A DNA stretch of 32,000 bases from Synechococcus elongatus PCC 6301 (GCF_000010065.1 NC_006576.1:2130001-2162000), one strand, 5' to 3'. Counted from the stretch's first letter, positions 9,794-19,115 are shown. Program-made: numbers and translations. The notes: generated by a model from the letters alone, not told the origin.

Positions 9794-10177
9794 TTAAGTC
9801 GTGGGATCCAAGCGATCGCAGGCAAAGTCTTGGCGATCGCCCACTTTCAAAAAGAAGGTGGGATGCTCAGGATCAGTAAGTCCCCAAAACCATTTGTTAT
9901 CGCTGTAAGTCGGAGCACCGGCAATGTTGGTGCGGGGCAACTGTAAATTCAAGTTGCGCCAACGCAAGACAACAAAGGCTCCGGGCAAAGTTCCAGTCAG
10001 CTGATTATTGACCCGTGGGTCATCCACAGGGCCGTTATCGTACAGAGCGACCAGCGGTTCTTGGACACAGCTGTAAGTCACTTCAGTTCTAGCAGCAAGG
10101 GCAGTCGGCTGTAGCCCCAGCCAGAGAACCAGGGCGATCGCGATCGCTGCTAGCCGCCCTATCCATCGATCTGCCAT
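9794..10177 (-). CDS. small secreted protein, MliC-like beta-barrel (tentative)
   Basis: 127 aa with an N-terminal signal peptide (MADRWIGRLAAIAIALVLWLGLQPTALA|A). The mature part has Cys near each end (VTYSC ... FAC) and an internal AGAPTYSDNKWFWG block, reminiscent of MliC-family proteins. The family call is from memory only. Confidence 0.65.
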   Translation of the reverse strand: MADRWIGRLAAIAIALVLWLGLQPTALAARTEVTYSCVQEPLVALYDNGPVDDPRVNNQLTGTLPGAFVVLRWRNLNLQLPRTNIAGAPTYSDNKWFWGLTDPEHPTFFLKVGDRQDFACDRLDPTT

Positions 10178-10286
10178 GCCTGTTCACTCTCTACTGCGAT
10201 CGCTGCCTGAGATTCTATCGGTTGCGCTCCCTGAGGGTCGATTCAGGCTGCTCAAGGGAATGTGGTCGCTCAAAAATAACTTTGCT

Positions 10287-10330
10287 AAAAAAGCACTCAG
10301 CTCATGACTGTTCTGAAACAAGCTGAGTGC
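10287..10330 (-). terminator. rho-independent terminator of the ndhF3-ndhD3-chpY-cupS operon
   Basis: A perfect 10-bp inverted repeat, GCACTCAGCT (10293-10302) / AGCTGAGTGC (10321-10330), is flanked by A6 at 10287-10292 on the + strand. On the minus-strand transcript this reads as a hairpin followed by U6, ~90 nt after the cupS stop. Confidence 0.8.
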
Positions 10331-10421
10331 GCTTAAGGCGGTCGCCTACCTTGATCGTCCGTACTCAAGGAACGATTGAGAGAGGTTTAAATACCTGAGG
10401 CTGGAAAGTCAAAAGAATCCG

Positions 10422-10823
10422 TTAGCCCATTAAAATGACGCGATTCAAGACATGAACAATGCCGTTATCACAGGCAATATCAGCAGACAAAACTGTCGCA
10501 TTTTTGATTTCAAACGGCTCTGCTCGTCCAATGGGAATTGGTGCGCCTTCTAACGAATCAACTGACGGGCGATCGATCAGGTCTGCTTTGGATAGAGCAC
10601 CTGCCGTAACGTGAAACTTGAGAATTCGAGCTAGTTGCGGCGGGTTCTGAACCAGCGTTGTCACTGTGCCCGGTGGTAGTGCTGCAAAAGCATCATCGGT
10701 AGGTGCAAAGACGGTAAAAGGACCGTCGCTATTGAGTGCATCGACTAAGCCAGCGACTTCAACGGCTGTGAGTAGCGTCTGAAAACAACCCGCCTCGCGG
10801 GCAACCTCAAGGATTTTGGCCAT
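10422..10823 (-). CDS. cupS: NDH-1MS accessory subunit CupS (fasciclin-fold protein)
   Basis: ATG at 10823 gives a 133-aa protein ([30 protein letters not shown]...[11 protein letters not shown]...) covering one fasciclin (FAS1) domain with no signal peptide. It lies directly downstream of chpY, as in the known ndhF3-ndhD3-cupA-cupS operon. The track ORF start at 10943 would overlap chpY by 74 nt. Confidence 0.85.
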   Translation of the reverse strand: MAKILEVAREAGCFQTLLTAVEVAGLVDALNSDGPFTVFAPTDDAFAALPPGTVTTLVQNPPQLARILKFHVTAGALSKADLIDRPSVDSLEGAPIPIGRAEPFEIKNATVLSADIACDNGIVHVLNRVILMG

Positions 10824-10869
10824 GGTGTAGCAAGCCTGGGTGATAAGAAGTCCAGCAGAGCAAAAAAGA

Positions 10870-12162
10870 CTAGCGGTAGTCTTGGCTTTGGATGTCCGGC
10901 AGCCGTGCTTCGGGGCGTAGGAAGCGATCCATTTGCGCCTCAAAGAAAGCCCGATTGGCTTGCAGATGCACCGGATCTGTATCGTCCAGCGGATAGAGCA
11001 GCGCCGCCCGGAGGGCTTGAATGACAGCGGAGGTGACGTTGTACATCGACCGCTGGAAGGTGACGCCTAGCTGGATCAGAATGTCGTCTTCACCGCGACA
11101 GTGTTGCCGATACTCCTCGAGCAAGTAGGGTGGTAAGAAGTGCAACATGTCCTGCATCAGCAGCGTCGGCGGAATGCCGGCGGAACCGACAGGGAAGACG
11201 TCTGCATAGAGAATGCCGTAGTGGAAGTCTGCCTGTTGATCAGGCACTTGCTGAGCCTGAGCGTTGTAGGACTTGGTGCCACGGAAGGGGGCTGTGCGGT
11301 AGAACACTGCTTCCACGTAGGGCAGAGCTGCTTCATAGAGCCAGGTAAAGCCTGCCGACTTGGGAATAATCTCGAAGCACTCGCCGTTGATGAAGACGTG
11401 GTGATAGATCGGACGACCGGCGATCGCAAAAATACCGTTGACGAGGAAGTTCATGGCGTCCGGTACGCCCTTGAAGCCGCCTTCATCGTAGATGTCGCTC
11501 ATCTCGAAGAAGACCGGCGCCATCACTTCCCAGAACAATCCGAGGTTGGCGGTGTAGGAGAGCATCCGCACTTGCTCGAGGAACATCTCGGGGAAGAGCT
11601 TGTATAACCCCAGCATGAGCGGGTTGCCCTGGAAGTAGGCCCGGATGGCGCGATCGGCGTTTTGGCGGTACTCCTCACTTTCGAGGTAGTCATTGAAGCG
11701 TCCGCCCATGCCTTGGTGCCAAAGCATGGCGTCCATGCAGGCTTCGGCAAACTCCATGTTGACGCGATCGTGCCAGAGGTGATGCAGCCACTTGGGCAGT
11801 TTGCGCTTCAGTTCACCCTTCTGCATGAATTCCAGCAGCTCGGGGTGCGCTGTGGCAGGACCCCGCCAAATCCGGAGGTCAGCGTTGTCACCGGCGTAGG
11901 AGTTGGGGCGATCGAGATACTCCTGCGAGATGAAGTACTTGAAAGCCGGAATGGGGTTGAGAAACACCTGCTCAGCGATGTAGAGCAAGTCCCGCCAGTA
12001 GAAGTCCATCGGCACGGCGTAGGCCTTGTAGATGCCGATGATCTGCTTGAGGTTATCGGGCGTGTCCGGCAGCATTGAGCCGCCAGCTTCAAGCCGATGG
12101 ATCACCTCAGCAAAGCGGTGCTGAGAAGGGGGCAGGGGGGTGGTACGGGTTGTGACGGTCAT
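10870..12162 (-). CDS. chpY: CO2 hydration protein of the inducible NDH-1MS CO2-uptake complex
   Basis: 430 aa. The N-terminus (...[55 protein letters not shown]...) matches the ChpY/CupA family as I remember it. It lies between ndhD3 and cupS. Confidence 0.9.
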   Translation of the reverse strand: MTVTTRTTPLPPSQHRFAEVIHRLEAGGSMLPDTPDNLKQIIGIYKAYAVPMDFYWRDLLYIAEQVFLNPIPAFKYFISQEYLDRPNSYAGDNADLRIWRGPATAHPELLEFMQKGELKRKLPKWLHHLWHDRVNMEFAEACMDAMLWHQGMGGRFNDYLESEEYRQNADRAIRAYFQGNPLMLGLYKLFPEMFLEQVRMLSYTANLGLFWEVMAPVFFEMSDIYDEGGFKGVPDAMNFLVNGIFAIAGRPIYHHVFINGECFEIIPKSAGFTWLYEAALPYVEAVFYRTAPFRGTKSYNAQAQQVPDQQADFHYGILYADVFPVGSAGIPPTLLMQDMLHFLPPYLLEEYRQHCRGEDDILIQLGVTFQRSMYNVTSAVIQALRAALLYPLDDTDPVHLQANRAFFEAQMDRFLRPEARLPDIQSQDYR

Positions 12163-12210
12163 TGCAGCATGCCTCGGAAGGTAGGGAGCGGTGGAAGACG
12201 CCAGAGTCCG

Positions 12211-13752
12211 TTACTGCAGGACGGCGGACAACGAAGGGGTTGGGAAGACGGGGGTCGATCGCGATCGCCCTTCCGCGATCGTGGATTGAAGCGGTTGGGG
12301 CAGGTGAGCAGCGATCGCCAGACTGCTGCTTTCGCTCCAGCGCACCAAGCCTTGCGGAGCCAGCCCTAACGCCATCACAGTGAGTGCAAGGACAACTGCC
12401 GGCCAGCGTTCGCTCACCGTCACTGGACGCCAGCGAGCTTCTTGGTTATCGAGTTTGCCAAAGCAAGCGCGGTTGATCAGGCTGACAAAGTAGACCGCAG
12501 TCAGCCCCGATGCAGCGATACAACCGACGGTCGCCCAAGGGAAGATGGCGAAGCTGCCTTGAAAGATCAGGAACTCTGCCACAAAGCCGACGAGTCCGGG
12601 GATTCCAGCGCTGGCCATGGCAGCCAAGAGCAACAGACCCGCCGTAAGCGGTAGACCGCGAATCGGATTGAGTAGACCTGAGAGTTGATCGCGATCGCGG
12701 CGACCCGTGACCCGCTCGATCGTGCCGACAAGCTGGAACAACAGCGCCAAAATTAAGCCGTGAGCAACCATTTGCGCGATCGCCCTTTGCAGAGCCAAGG
12801 GAGTACCAGCCGCGAGCGCCAGCAGCAGAGTCCCCATGTGGCCGATGGAGCTAAAGGCTACCAAGCGTTGCAGGTCAGTCTGACGCAGGGCGTTGAGGCT
12901 GCCGTAGAGAGCGGTCACGGCAGCGAGCACAGCCAGGCTCGGTGCAATCAGAGACCAGGCTTCGGGGAAGAAGCTGCAGCCAAACCGGAACAGACCATAG
13001 CCGCCCAGTTTGGCGATCGCGCCACCCAAGAGCATGGCGATCGCCGGGGATGCTTGACCGTAGGCCGCAGGTTGCCAGCTGTGGAAGGGTACCAACGGCA
13101 GCTTGATCGCGAAGGCAGCGACAAACAGCAGCAGCAGGGGTAGCTGCAGGGCCAAGGGCAGCTCAATCGTCTGGAGCTGATCAAAGGCAAAGCTAAAGGG
13201 TTGGCTGCTCAGGACGGCGGTCGCGATTGCCCCCAATAGCAGCAAGATGCCAGAAATGGCCGTGAAAATCAGGAAGCGCGTTGCGGCAGGACCCCGTTGT
13301 TCTCCCCCCCAGATTGAGATCAGGAGGTACATCGGAATCAGTTCCAGCTCATAGCCGAGTACAAACAGCAGCAAGTCACGAGACAGCAGCGCGATCGCCA
13401 TGCCTGCAGCCGCCAGAAAAATCAGGCTGTAGCAGAGGCGCGGACGCGTTTGATCGGTGGGACTCGACGCGATTGCCAGCAGGGTGAGCAAGCTAGAGAG
13501 CAGCAATAGCGGCAGCGAAAGACCATCGAGGCCTAGGCTGAAATGAATTCCGAGGGAGGGCAGCCATCCCCAGTCGATCGCCTGTTGCGGTTCGGCGACT
13601 GCCGGGTCAAAGCCCATCAACAAACTGCCCGACAGCACCAAAATGGCACTGGCTGCTGCAATTGCCCAGCGACGGATTTGAGCGCTGTCCTGACTGCCCA
13701 AGGACAGTAGGGAAGCTCCAAGGATCGCTGTAATTAAAAGCACCAACATCAT
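12211..13752 (-). CDS. ndhD3: NAD(P)H-quinone oxidoreductase chain 4 paralogue, CO2-uptake type
   Basis: 513-aa polytopic membrane protein of the NuoM/NdhD family. The GGAGGA Shine-Dalgarno overlaps the ndhF3 stop. The D3 assignment comes from linkage to ndhF3, chpY and cupS. Confidence 0.9.
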   Translation of the reverse strand: MMLVLLITAILGASLLSLGSQDSAQIRRWAIAAASAILVLSGSLLMGFDPAVAEPQQAIDWGWLPSLGIHFSLGLDGLSLPLLLLSSLLTLLAIASSPTDQTRPRLCYSLIFLAAAGMAIALLSRDLLLFVLGYELELIPMYLLISIWGGEQRGPAATRFLIFTAISGILLLLGAIATAVLSSQPFSFAFDQLQTIELPLALQLPLLLLFVAAFAIKLPLVPFHSWQPAAYGQASPAIAMLLGGAIAKLGGYGLFRFGCSFFPEAWSLIAPSLAVLAAVTALYGSLNALRQTDLQRLVAFSSIGHMGTLLLALAAGTPLALQRAIAQMVAHGLILALLFQLVGTIERVTGRRDRDQLSGLLNPIRGLPLTAGLLLLAAMASAGIPGLVGFVAEFLIFQGSFAIFPWATVGCIAASGLTAVYFVSLINRACFGKLDNQEARWRPVTVSERWPAVVLALTVMALGLAPQGLVRWSESSSLAIAAHLPQPLQSTIAEGRSRSTPVFPTPSLSAVLQ

Positions 13753-13763
13753 GTCATTTCCTC

Positions 13764-15602
13764 CTAAAGCAGACCGAGGACGAAAGACTGCCGCAGGAAC
13801 GGCATCAGGAAGAAGACACTGCCCACCGCGATCGCGAGCAACATCGTCAAGGCATAGCCCTGGGTGCGCCCGGAAACGTTGTAGCGCAGGCCTTGGCCGC
13901 TACCGAGGGTGATCAGACCCATCAGCGTGGCGGTGCCATCAACGATCGTGCGATCGAGGAATTGCAGGACGGTCGCCACGAAGCTGACACTCGCGACAAT
14001 CGTGCGGCGATAAAGGATTGGCGTGTAGAAGTCCTGGGCAAAGAAGTTTTGTAAGCCTTGCCAAGGCAGTTGGACCGGTTGATTACGAGCCGGTCCATAG
14101 TGGACAACGGTGCCCGTTGCCACCCCAACCAAGCTGGCCCAGACCAAAGGAATTGCCAGATTGTTCAACTGGGGCAAGAGGCCAGCCTGAGCTAGCAAGA
14201 TCGGCAAGTGTAGTGTCAATCCAGCCAGGACCAGCATCGGCAGCACCATCAGCCAAAGCACCTCCGCCGATCGCACCGACATTGCCTTGCTCGGGCCGCC
14301 CCAGACGCGGGCGAAGATCCGAGCGAGACCAAAACCGACAGCAGCCAAGACAAAGACCAGGACAATTACCAGCCAAGGTGAAACTGGCCAGAGACCTTCG
14401 GCCATACCTAACCAAGCCCAGAACCCACCGAATGGAGGCATGGCCAGCAGCGACAGACCGCCCAAGGCAAAGGCCAGCGCCGGCAGCGGACGACGGGACC
14501 AGAGACCCCCCAACTGAGTGATGTCTTGGCTGATGTTGCGAATCACAATGGTGCCGACGCTCATCATCAACAGCGCCATCGATAGGCTATAGACCAGCAA
14601 GAGCCGCTCGGCTGCGATGGTTTGACCGGCACCCACGGCGATGAAGACGAGGCCCATCCAGGTGCTGACAAGGTAGGACAGCGCCCGTTTGACATCCACC
14701 TGGGCGATCGCAATCAAGCTGGCGCAGATGGCAGTGACGACCCCGACGCTAATCAGCAGGGTTTCGGCAACAGGTACTGCTGCGATGATCGGCTGGATGC
14801 GAATCAGCACCCAAGCCCCAGAGACAACGACGATCGCGTTCCGCAGGATAGTCGAGGGCAAAGGCCCCTCCATGGCTTCATCGAGCCAGAGGTGGAAGGG
14901 GAATTGCGCACATTTACCCAAGGGGCCGGCAATCAACGCGATCGCGATCGCGGTTAGAGCCAGAGAAGGTTCCGCTGTCGAGGCCCATTCAGCCAGTTGG
15001 TCAAAGTTCCAAGTCCCTGCCAGCGGCAGCAGCCCCAAGACGCCAACCAGCAGGATCAAGTCTCCAATCCGCTTGGTCAAGAACGCATCGCGTGCGCCGG
15101 TCAGAACCAACGGCTGGTTGTACCAATAGCCAACGATCAGGTAGGTCCCCAGCGTCAACATCTCGAGGATGACGTAGCTGAAGAAGAGCGAGTCGCAGAG
15201 TACCAAACCGCTCAACCCCGCCTCGAACAGACTGAGGTAGCCAAAGAAGCGCGCCCAGCCCCAGTCCCGCTTTAGGTAGCCAATGGCATAGATCTGGGAG
15301 AACCAGGTCAGCCCGGTGATTACAGTCAAGGCAACTAGGGCCGCTGTCGTGCTGGACCAATCAAAGCTCAACTCGAAGCCCACGGTGTTGAGCCAGCGGA
15401 AGGAGCCTTGTGCGGGTTGCATTGCCCAGAGCGCCAACAGGGAATGCAGAAAGGCAACACCACTGGCAATAACGTTGACATAGCCAGACGGACGCGGCCC
15501 GGTCAGGCGAATCAGCCCAGGAGACCACAGCAAGGAAGCGATCGCGCCGAATAGGGAGTAGCCAGGAATCAGCCAGACGCTCTGGCTGGCAGCAGAAAGC
15601 AT
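13764..15602 (-). CDS. ndhF3: NAD(P)H-quinone oxidoreductase chain 5 paralogue, CO2-uptake type
   Basis: NuoL/NdhF-family polytopic protein. I prefer ATG at 15602 (MLSAASQSVW..., 612 aa) because GGAGG (complement of 15608-15612) lies 5 nt upstream. The track start at 15614 is a TTG sitting inside that Shine-Dalgarno. Confidence 0.9.
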   Translation of the reverse strand: MLSAASQSVWLIPGYSLFGAIASLLWSPGLIRLTGPRPSGYVNVIASGVAFLHSLLALWAMQPAQGSFRWLNTVGFELSFDWSSTTAALVALTVITGLTWFSQIYAIGYLKRDWGWARFFGYLSLFEAGLSGLVLCDSLFFSYVILEMLTLGTYLIVGYWYNQPLVLTGARDAFLTKRIGDLILLVGVLGLLPLAGTWNFDQLAEWASTAEPSLALTAIAIALIAGPLGKCAQFPFHLWLDEAMEGPLPSTILRNAIVVVSGAWVLIRIQPIIAAVPVAETLLISVGVVTAICASLIAIAQVDVKRALSYLVSTWMGLVFIAVGAGQTIAAERLLLVYSLSMALLMMSVGTIVIRNISQDITQLGGLWSRRPLPALAFALGGLSLLAMPPFGGFWAWLGMAEGLWPVSPWLVIVLVFVLAAVGFGLARIFARVWGGPSKAMSVRSAEVLWLMVLPMLVLAGLTLHLPILLAQAGLLPQLNNLAIPLVWASLVGVATGTVVHYGPARNQPVQLPWQGLQNFFAQDFYTPILYRRTIVASVSFVATVLQFLDRTIVDGTATLMGLITLGSGQGLRYNVSGRTQGYALTMLLAIAVGSVFFLMPFLRQSFVLGLL

Positions 15603-15852
15603 CACAACCTCCAAGGTGCGGAACTAGACCCCTCTGCAAAACCAGAGGTGAGGAGCAGTTGGTTTTAAGAAAATCTATGATTTCTGAAAATACTAGGGGA
15701 TAAATCTATGGGTTGATCCCCCAAGACCCGCAGAAATTTTCAATCGACACCCCAAGCGAAACTTATCGATGCCAATTCACAGACTGAGCAAAATCCGTTC
15801 ACTTGGGGGGACGTCTCGGAACCTTGGGCTGGATAACCAGCAACAACGACCC
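15603..15852 (-). promoter_or_regulatory. ndhF3 operon promoter/5' leader region with a repeated AAATCTATG motif
   Basis: A 250-bp AT-rich gap separates the hom stop from the ndhF3 start. The direct repeat AAATCTATG occurs at 15671-15679 and 15702-15710, 31 bp apart. A TAGTAT -10-like hexamer on the minus strand (complement of 15690-15695) lies between them. No transcription start data are available. Confidence 0.35.
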
Positions 15853-17190
15853 CTAGAGAACGTGCAAGAGGTTGGCAATTGCCTGCACTAAGGGTAAGGC
15901 TTCTAGCTGCGTAATTGCCTGCCGCATGATCCCTTCTTGCACCTCGTGGGTAATCACCACCAGCTCAGCCGTTTCGCCACTGACGTCTGTCTGGACGATC
16001 GACTCGAGGCTAATCCCCTGCTCACCAAAGATTGTGCCGACTTTGCCGATGACGCCGGGGCTGTCTTGAACGACGATGCGTAGGTAAAAACGAGCGGCGG
16101 TTTCGGCCGCTGGCGCCAGCTCCACAGTTTGGAGATAGCGGCAAGCCAGCAGCGGGTCGAGGTGATCGCGATCGCTGCCAGCACTGAGGACAGCAGCGAT
16201 GTTGAGGATGTCAGCCACCACGGCACTAGCCGTTGGTCCTGCCCCCGCCCCGGGCCCAAAGAACATGACCTGTCCGACGGGGTCGCCCTCGACCAAGATG
16301 GCGTTGTAGACATCGTTGACGCTGGCGAGGGGATGGCTGAGGGGTACCAAGGTCGGATAGACGCTCGCTTCCAGCCGCCAAGTATCGCCCTGGTGCTGCC
16401 GTTTGGCCTTGGCTAACAGCTTGATCGTGAAGCCCAATCCTTCGGCGTAGGCAATATCGCTGGCTGTAATTGCCCGGATCCCTTCGCAGGTAATTTGCGA
16501 TCGCTCGACCCGTCCGCCAAAGGCAAGAGAAGCCAGGATGGCAATTTTGTCTGCTGCATCCCAGCCATCAACATCGGCGGTGGGATCGGCTTCGGCATAG
16601 CCCAGCCGCTGGGCATCGGCCAAAATGGGACCAAAATCCCCGCCCTCGCGCTGCATGCGCGTCAGGATGTAGTTGGTCGTGCCGTTGATGATGCCCAGAA
16701 TGCCCTGGATACGGTTGGCACAGAGCGATTGCTTCAGGGGCTCGATCACCGGAATGCCGCCGCCGACTGCTGCCTCTAGCAGCACGTACACACCCGCATC
16801 AGCTGCCGCTGCAAAAATTTCCTCGCCGTAGCGAGCAATCACCGCTTTATTGGCGGTCACCACATGCTTACCGTGGGCGATCGCAGTCAGGATCAGGCTG
16901 CGCGACGGTTCTAGGCCACCCAGCAGCTCGACCACAATATCCACGGCTGGATCGCGAACAATACTCTCCAGATCAGTGGTAAGGCGATCGCGAGAAATGT
17001 CGACGCTGCGGGGTTTGTCGAGGCTACGCACCCCTACCCGATACAGCTCCAGTTCTTGCAGCAGGGGTTGCCGATCTGCAGGGTCTAGCAAAATTTGTGC
17101 TGTGCCAGTACCAACGGTCCCCAGCCCCAACAGCCCAACCTTAAATGTCACTCGTTGTTTCCAATCATCGACCGATACGGCTTGCACCAT
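15853..17190 (-). CDS. hom: homoserine dehydrogenase
   Basis: 445 aa with the N-terminal KVGLLGLGTVGTG NAD(P)-binding motif, a catalytic core, and a C-terminal ACT-like region (RFYLRIVVQDSPGVIGKVGTIFGEQGISLESIVQ). The true start may be slightly downstream of ATG 17190. Confidence 0.93.
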   Translation of the reverse strand: MVQAVSVDDWKQRVTFKVGLLGLGTVGTGTAQILLDPADRQPLLQELELYRVGVRSLDKPRSVDISRDRLTTDLESIVRDPAVDIVVELLGGLEPSRSLILTAIAHGKHVVTANKAVIARYGEEIFAAAADAGVYVLLEAAVGGGIPVIEPLKQSLCANRIQGILGIINGTTNYILTRMQREGGDFGPILADAQRLGYAEADPTADVDGWDAADKIAILASLAFGGRVERSQITCEGIRAITASDIAYAEGLGFTIKLLAKAKRQHQGDTWRLEASVYPTLVPLSHPLASVNDVYNAILVEGDPVGQVMFFGPGAGAGPTASAVVADILNIAAVLSAGSDRDHLDPLLACRYLQTVELAPAAETAARFYLRIVVQDSPGVIGKVGTIFGEQGISLESIVQTDVSGETAELVVITHEVQEGIMRQAITQLEALPLVQAIANLLHVL

Positions 17191-17446
17191 TGTTGCGTAC
17201 CCTTGGTCGCTCGCAGCGATCGCTCAGCGATGTTCCCTGGCAATTGCTGGATGAGGACTAGCTCCTGCCGCAGCAATTCCAGATTGCTGAGTCGGGGCTC
17301 TTGCGGGGAGTGCCCAACTTAAACAGTTGTTGACAGACTACTTTCGACCACAGCCAGCGAGTGGGCTGAGCCGTTATTGTGGACAGCAACGACGCCACAC
17401 AGAACTCTGTGGGTGTTTAGTCCCTTGGTAAGTACAGAACAGCACT

Positions 17447-18361
17447 ATGGTGCGCAAACGTCCGACTCCTTGGCTGCATCGTTGGTCACGGCCAATCATC
17501 CTCTTCCTAGCCACCATTGGCTTGCTAGACACGGGCTACATCACCCTAGAGAAGTTCGGCATTATTCAACAGACAGTTTGCCCCCTGTTTGGGGGTGGCT
17601 GCTCCCAAGTCCTGAATAGCCCCTACGCGGTGTTCTTTGGCCTGCCGCTATCGCTGTTTGGGGCGATCGCGTACTTCAGTGCTGGTGCTCTGGCTGCGAT
17701 TCCCCTGTTTGTCAAAGCGGAGCAAGCCAAAAGCCTGCGCTTACAGCTTGAGAAAACCACTTGGCTCCTACTGTTTCTGCTCTCGACAGCCATGGTGGTC
17801 TTTAGCGCCTACCTCATCTACCTGATGGCCTACGAGATCAAAGCCTTTTGCTTCTTCTGCGTGGGCTCTGCCATCCTCTCGTTGGGAATTTTTCTCGTGT
17901 CACTCTTTGGTCACGACTGGGAAGATCTCGGTCAGGTCCTGTTTGGCGGCTTCATCACTGCGATTGCTGTGTTAGTGACCCTGCTAGGAATCTATGCCGG
18001 TGGCAGTGAGAATCCGGCCTTGGCCGATCAAGGTCAGACCGGCCCGCCAATCGTCAATGTTTCCAAGCCAGCTGCGGTGTCCTTAGCTGAATACCTGACC
18101 AAGACAGGCGCCAAGATGTACAGCGCTTACTGGTGCCCTCACTGTCACGACCAAAAAGAACTGTTTGGTCAACAAGCGGTTCAAAAACTGGATGTTGTGG
18201 AATGTGATCCCCAAGGTCGCAATGCTCGCCCCCAACTGTGTCAGCAAGCTGGCATTCAAGGGTTCCCAACTTGGGAAATTAATGGGAAACAGTATTCCGG
18301 TACGCGGCCCCTCCAAGAACTGGCGAAACTGTCGGGTTATACCGGTCCGCAAAACTTCTAG
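17447..18361 (+). CDS. vitamin K epoxide reductase homologue fused to a thioredoxin-like domain (periplasmic/lumenal disulfide formation)
   Basis: 304 aa. The N-terminal multi-TM VKOR core has loop cysteines (VCPLFGGGC) and an in-membrane CFFC (CxxC). The C-terminal soluble domain has YWCPHC (Trx-type CxxC). Confidence 0.9.
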   Translation: MVRKRPTPWLHRWSRPIILFLATIGLLDTGYITLEKFGIIQQTVCPLFGGGCSQVLNSPYAVFFGLPLSLFGAIAYFSAGALAAIPLFVKAEQAKSLRLQLEKTTWLLLFLLSTAMVVFSAYLIYLMAYEIKAFCFFCVGSAILSLGIFLVSLFGHDWEDLGQVLFGGFITAIAVLVTLLGIYAGGSENPALADQGQTGPPIVNVSKPAAVSLAEYLTKTGAKMYSAYWCPHCHDQKELFGQQAVQKLDVVECDPQGRNARPQLCQQAGIQGFPTWEINGKQYSGTRPLQELAKLSGYTGPQNF

Positions 18362-18410
18362 ATTTTCAGAGCCTCTAACCATTTGAGAGAGTGCTGAAAT
18401 CACTTCCCTA

Positions 18411-18433
18411 GGGCCGCTATCGCGGCCTTTTTT
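18411..18433 (+). terminator. rho-independent terminator after the VKOR gene
   Basis: GGCCGC (18412-18417), a tatc loop, GCGGCC (18422-18427) and then T6 (18428-18433), 50 nt after the stop codon. Confidence 0.75.
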
Positions 18434-18715
18434 ATGGTGGTCAGATGTTGCTTGACTCCGATTTCCATAAGCAACAGCGACTGAAGATTGCGCTGGACTA
18501 AGCAATGAGCGGGCTCGAGCTGGATAGGCGATCGCCCCCCGCCAAGGTTTTTTGGGTGAGTCACTGGTCAACAGAAGCGATCGCTCTGCGTGAGACAGAC
18601 TGCTACTGACCTCGAGTTGGCAGCTAACCAGGGCAGACTAATCCGTGAGCCGCCCCAATCCATTCACTGCGCAAAGTCAGGGCTAGCGGGTGGATTCAGT
18701 TGAATGACTGGACCG

Positions 18716-19030
18716 CTACTCAGCCGTGCTTAACAACATCTCAGCCCAAGCATTCGCCTGAGCAGGGCCAGCATTGGTCGGTTGATTCAGTTCCATCAGC
18801 CAACCCAGAGATTCCTCGCCCCAGTCGGGAGCGATCGCTTGCTGTCCCGAGTAGCCGAGATACCCCATGTAGCTGTTCGTCAGCATGTAGACCGCCACTA
18901 GGGCAGCCGCAGCCGAAGAGACCAGGAATCCTGCCAACATTAGTGAGAACTCACGACGGTCGATCGCTTGCCGCATTAGCTGCAAGGCCCAAAGCACAAG
19001 GGCTACGACGACTAGCAGGATCAAGAACAT
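18716..19030 (-). CDS. small hypothetical membrane protein (two predicted TM helices)
   Basis: 104-aa ORF starting at ATG 19030, 85 bp downstream of hisF on the same strand. It has two hydrophobic stretches (FLILLVVVALVLWAL; LMLAGFLVSSAAAALVAVYML). The competing + strand ORF (18700-19119) is Pro/Ser/Arg-rich and looks antisense-derived. I recognised no homology. Confidence 0.5.
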   Translation of the reverse strand: MFLILLVVVALVLWALQLMRQAIDRREFSLMLAGFLVSSAAAALVAVYMLTNSYMGYLGYSGQQAIAPDWGEESLGWLMELNQPTNAGPAQANAWAEMLLSTAE

Positions 19031-19115
19031 TCGGCCACAGGGGTCAAGGGGATTTGGGGGCGCTGTTAACTATTGTAAAGTTTTTCCCAGGTTTAGTCCC
19101 TGCACCTGCTCTTTC

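Noticed and set aside
10824-10943. Longer cupS ORF overlapping chpY
   Set aside because: The 40 extra residues are not fasciclin- or CupS-like and overlap the chpY 3' end. ATG 10823 begins exactly at the conserved domain.
17330-17335. TTGACA hexamer as a -35 box for the VKOR gene
   Set aside because: No TAnnnT -10 element lies at 16-18 bp spacing downstream (the sequence there is GCCAGC). An isolated hexamer match is not meaningful.
18083-18571. 162-aa minus-strand ORF
   Set aside because: It mostly overlaps the well-supported VKOR-Trx gene in antisense. It has no motifs and an implausible composition.
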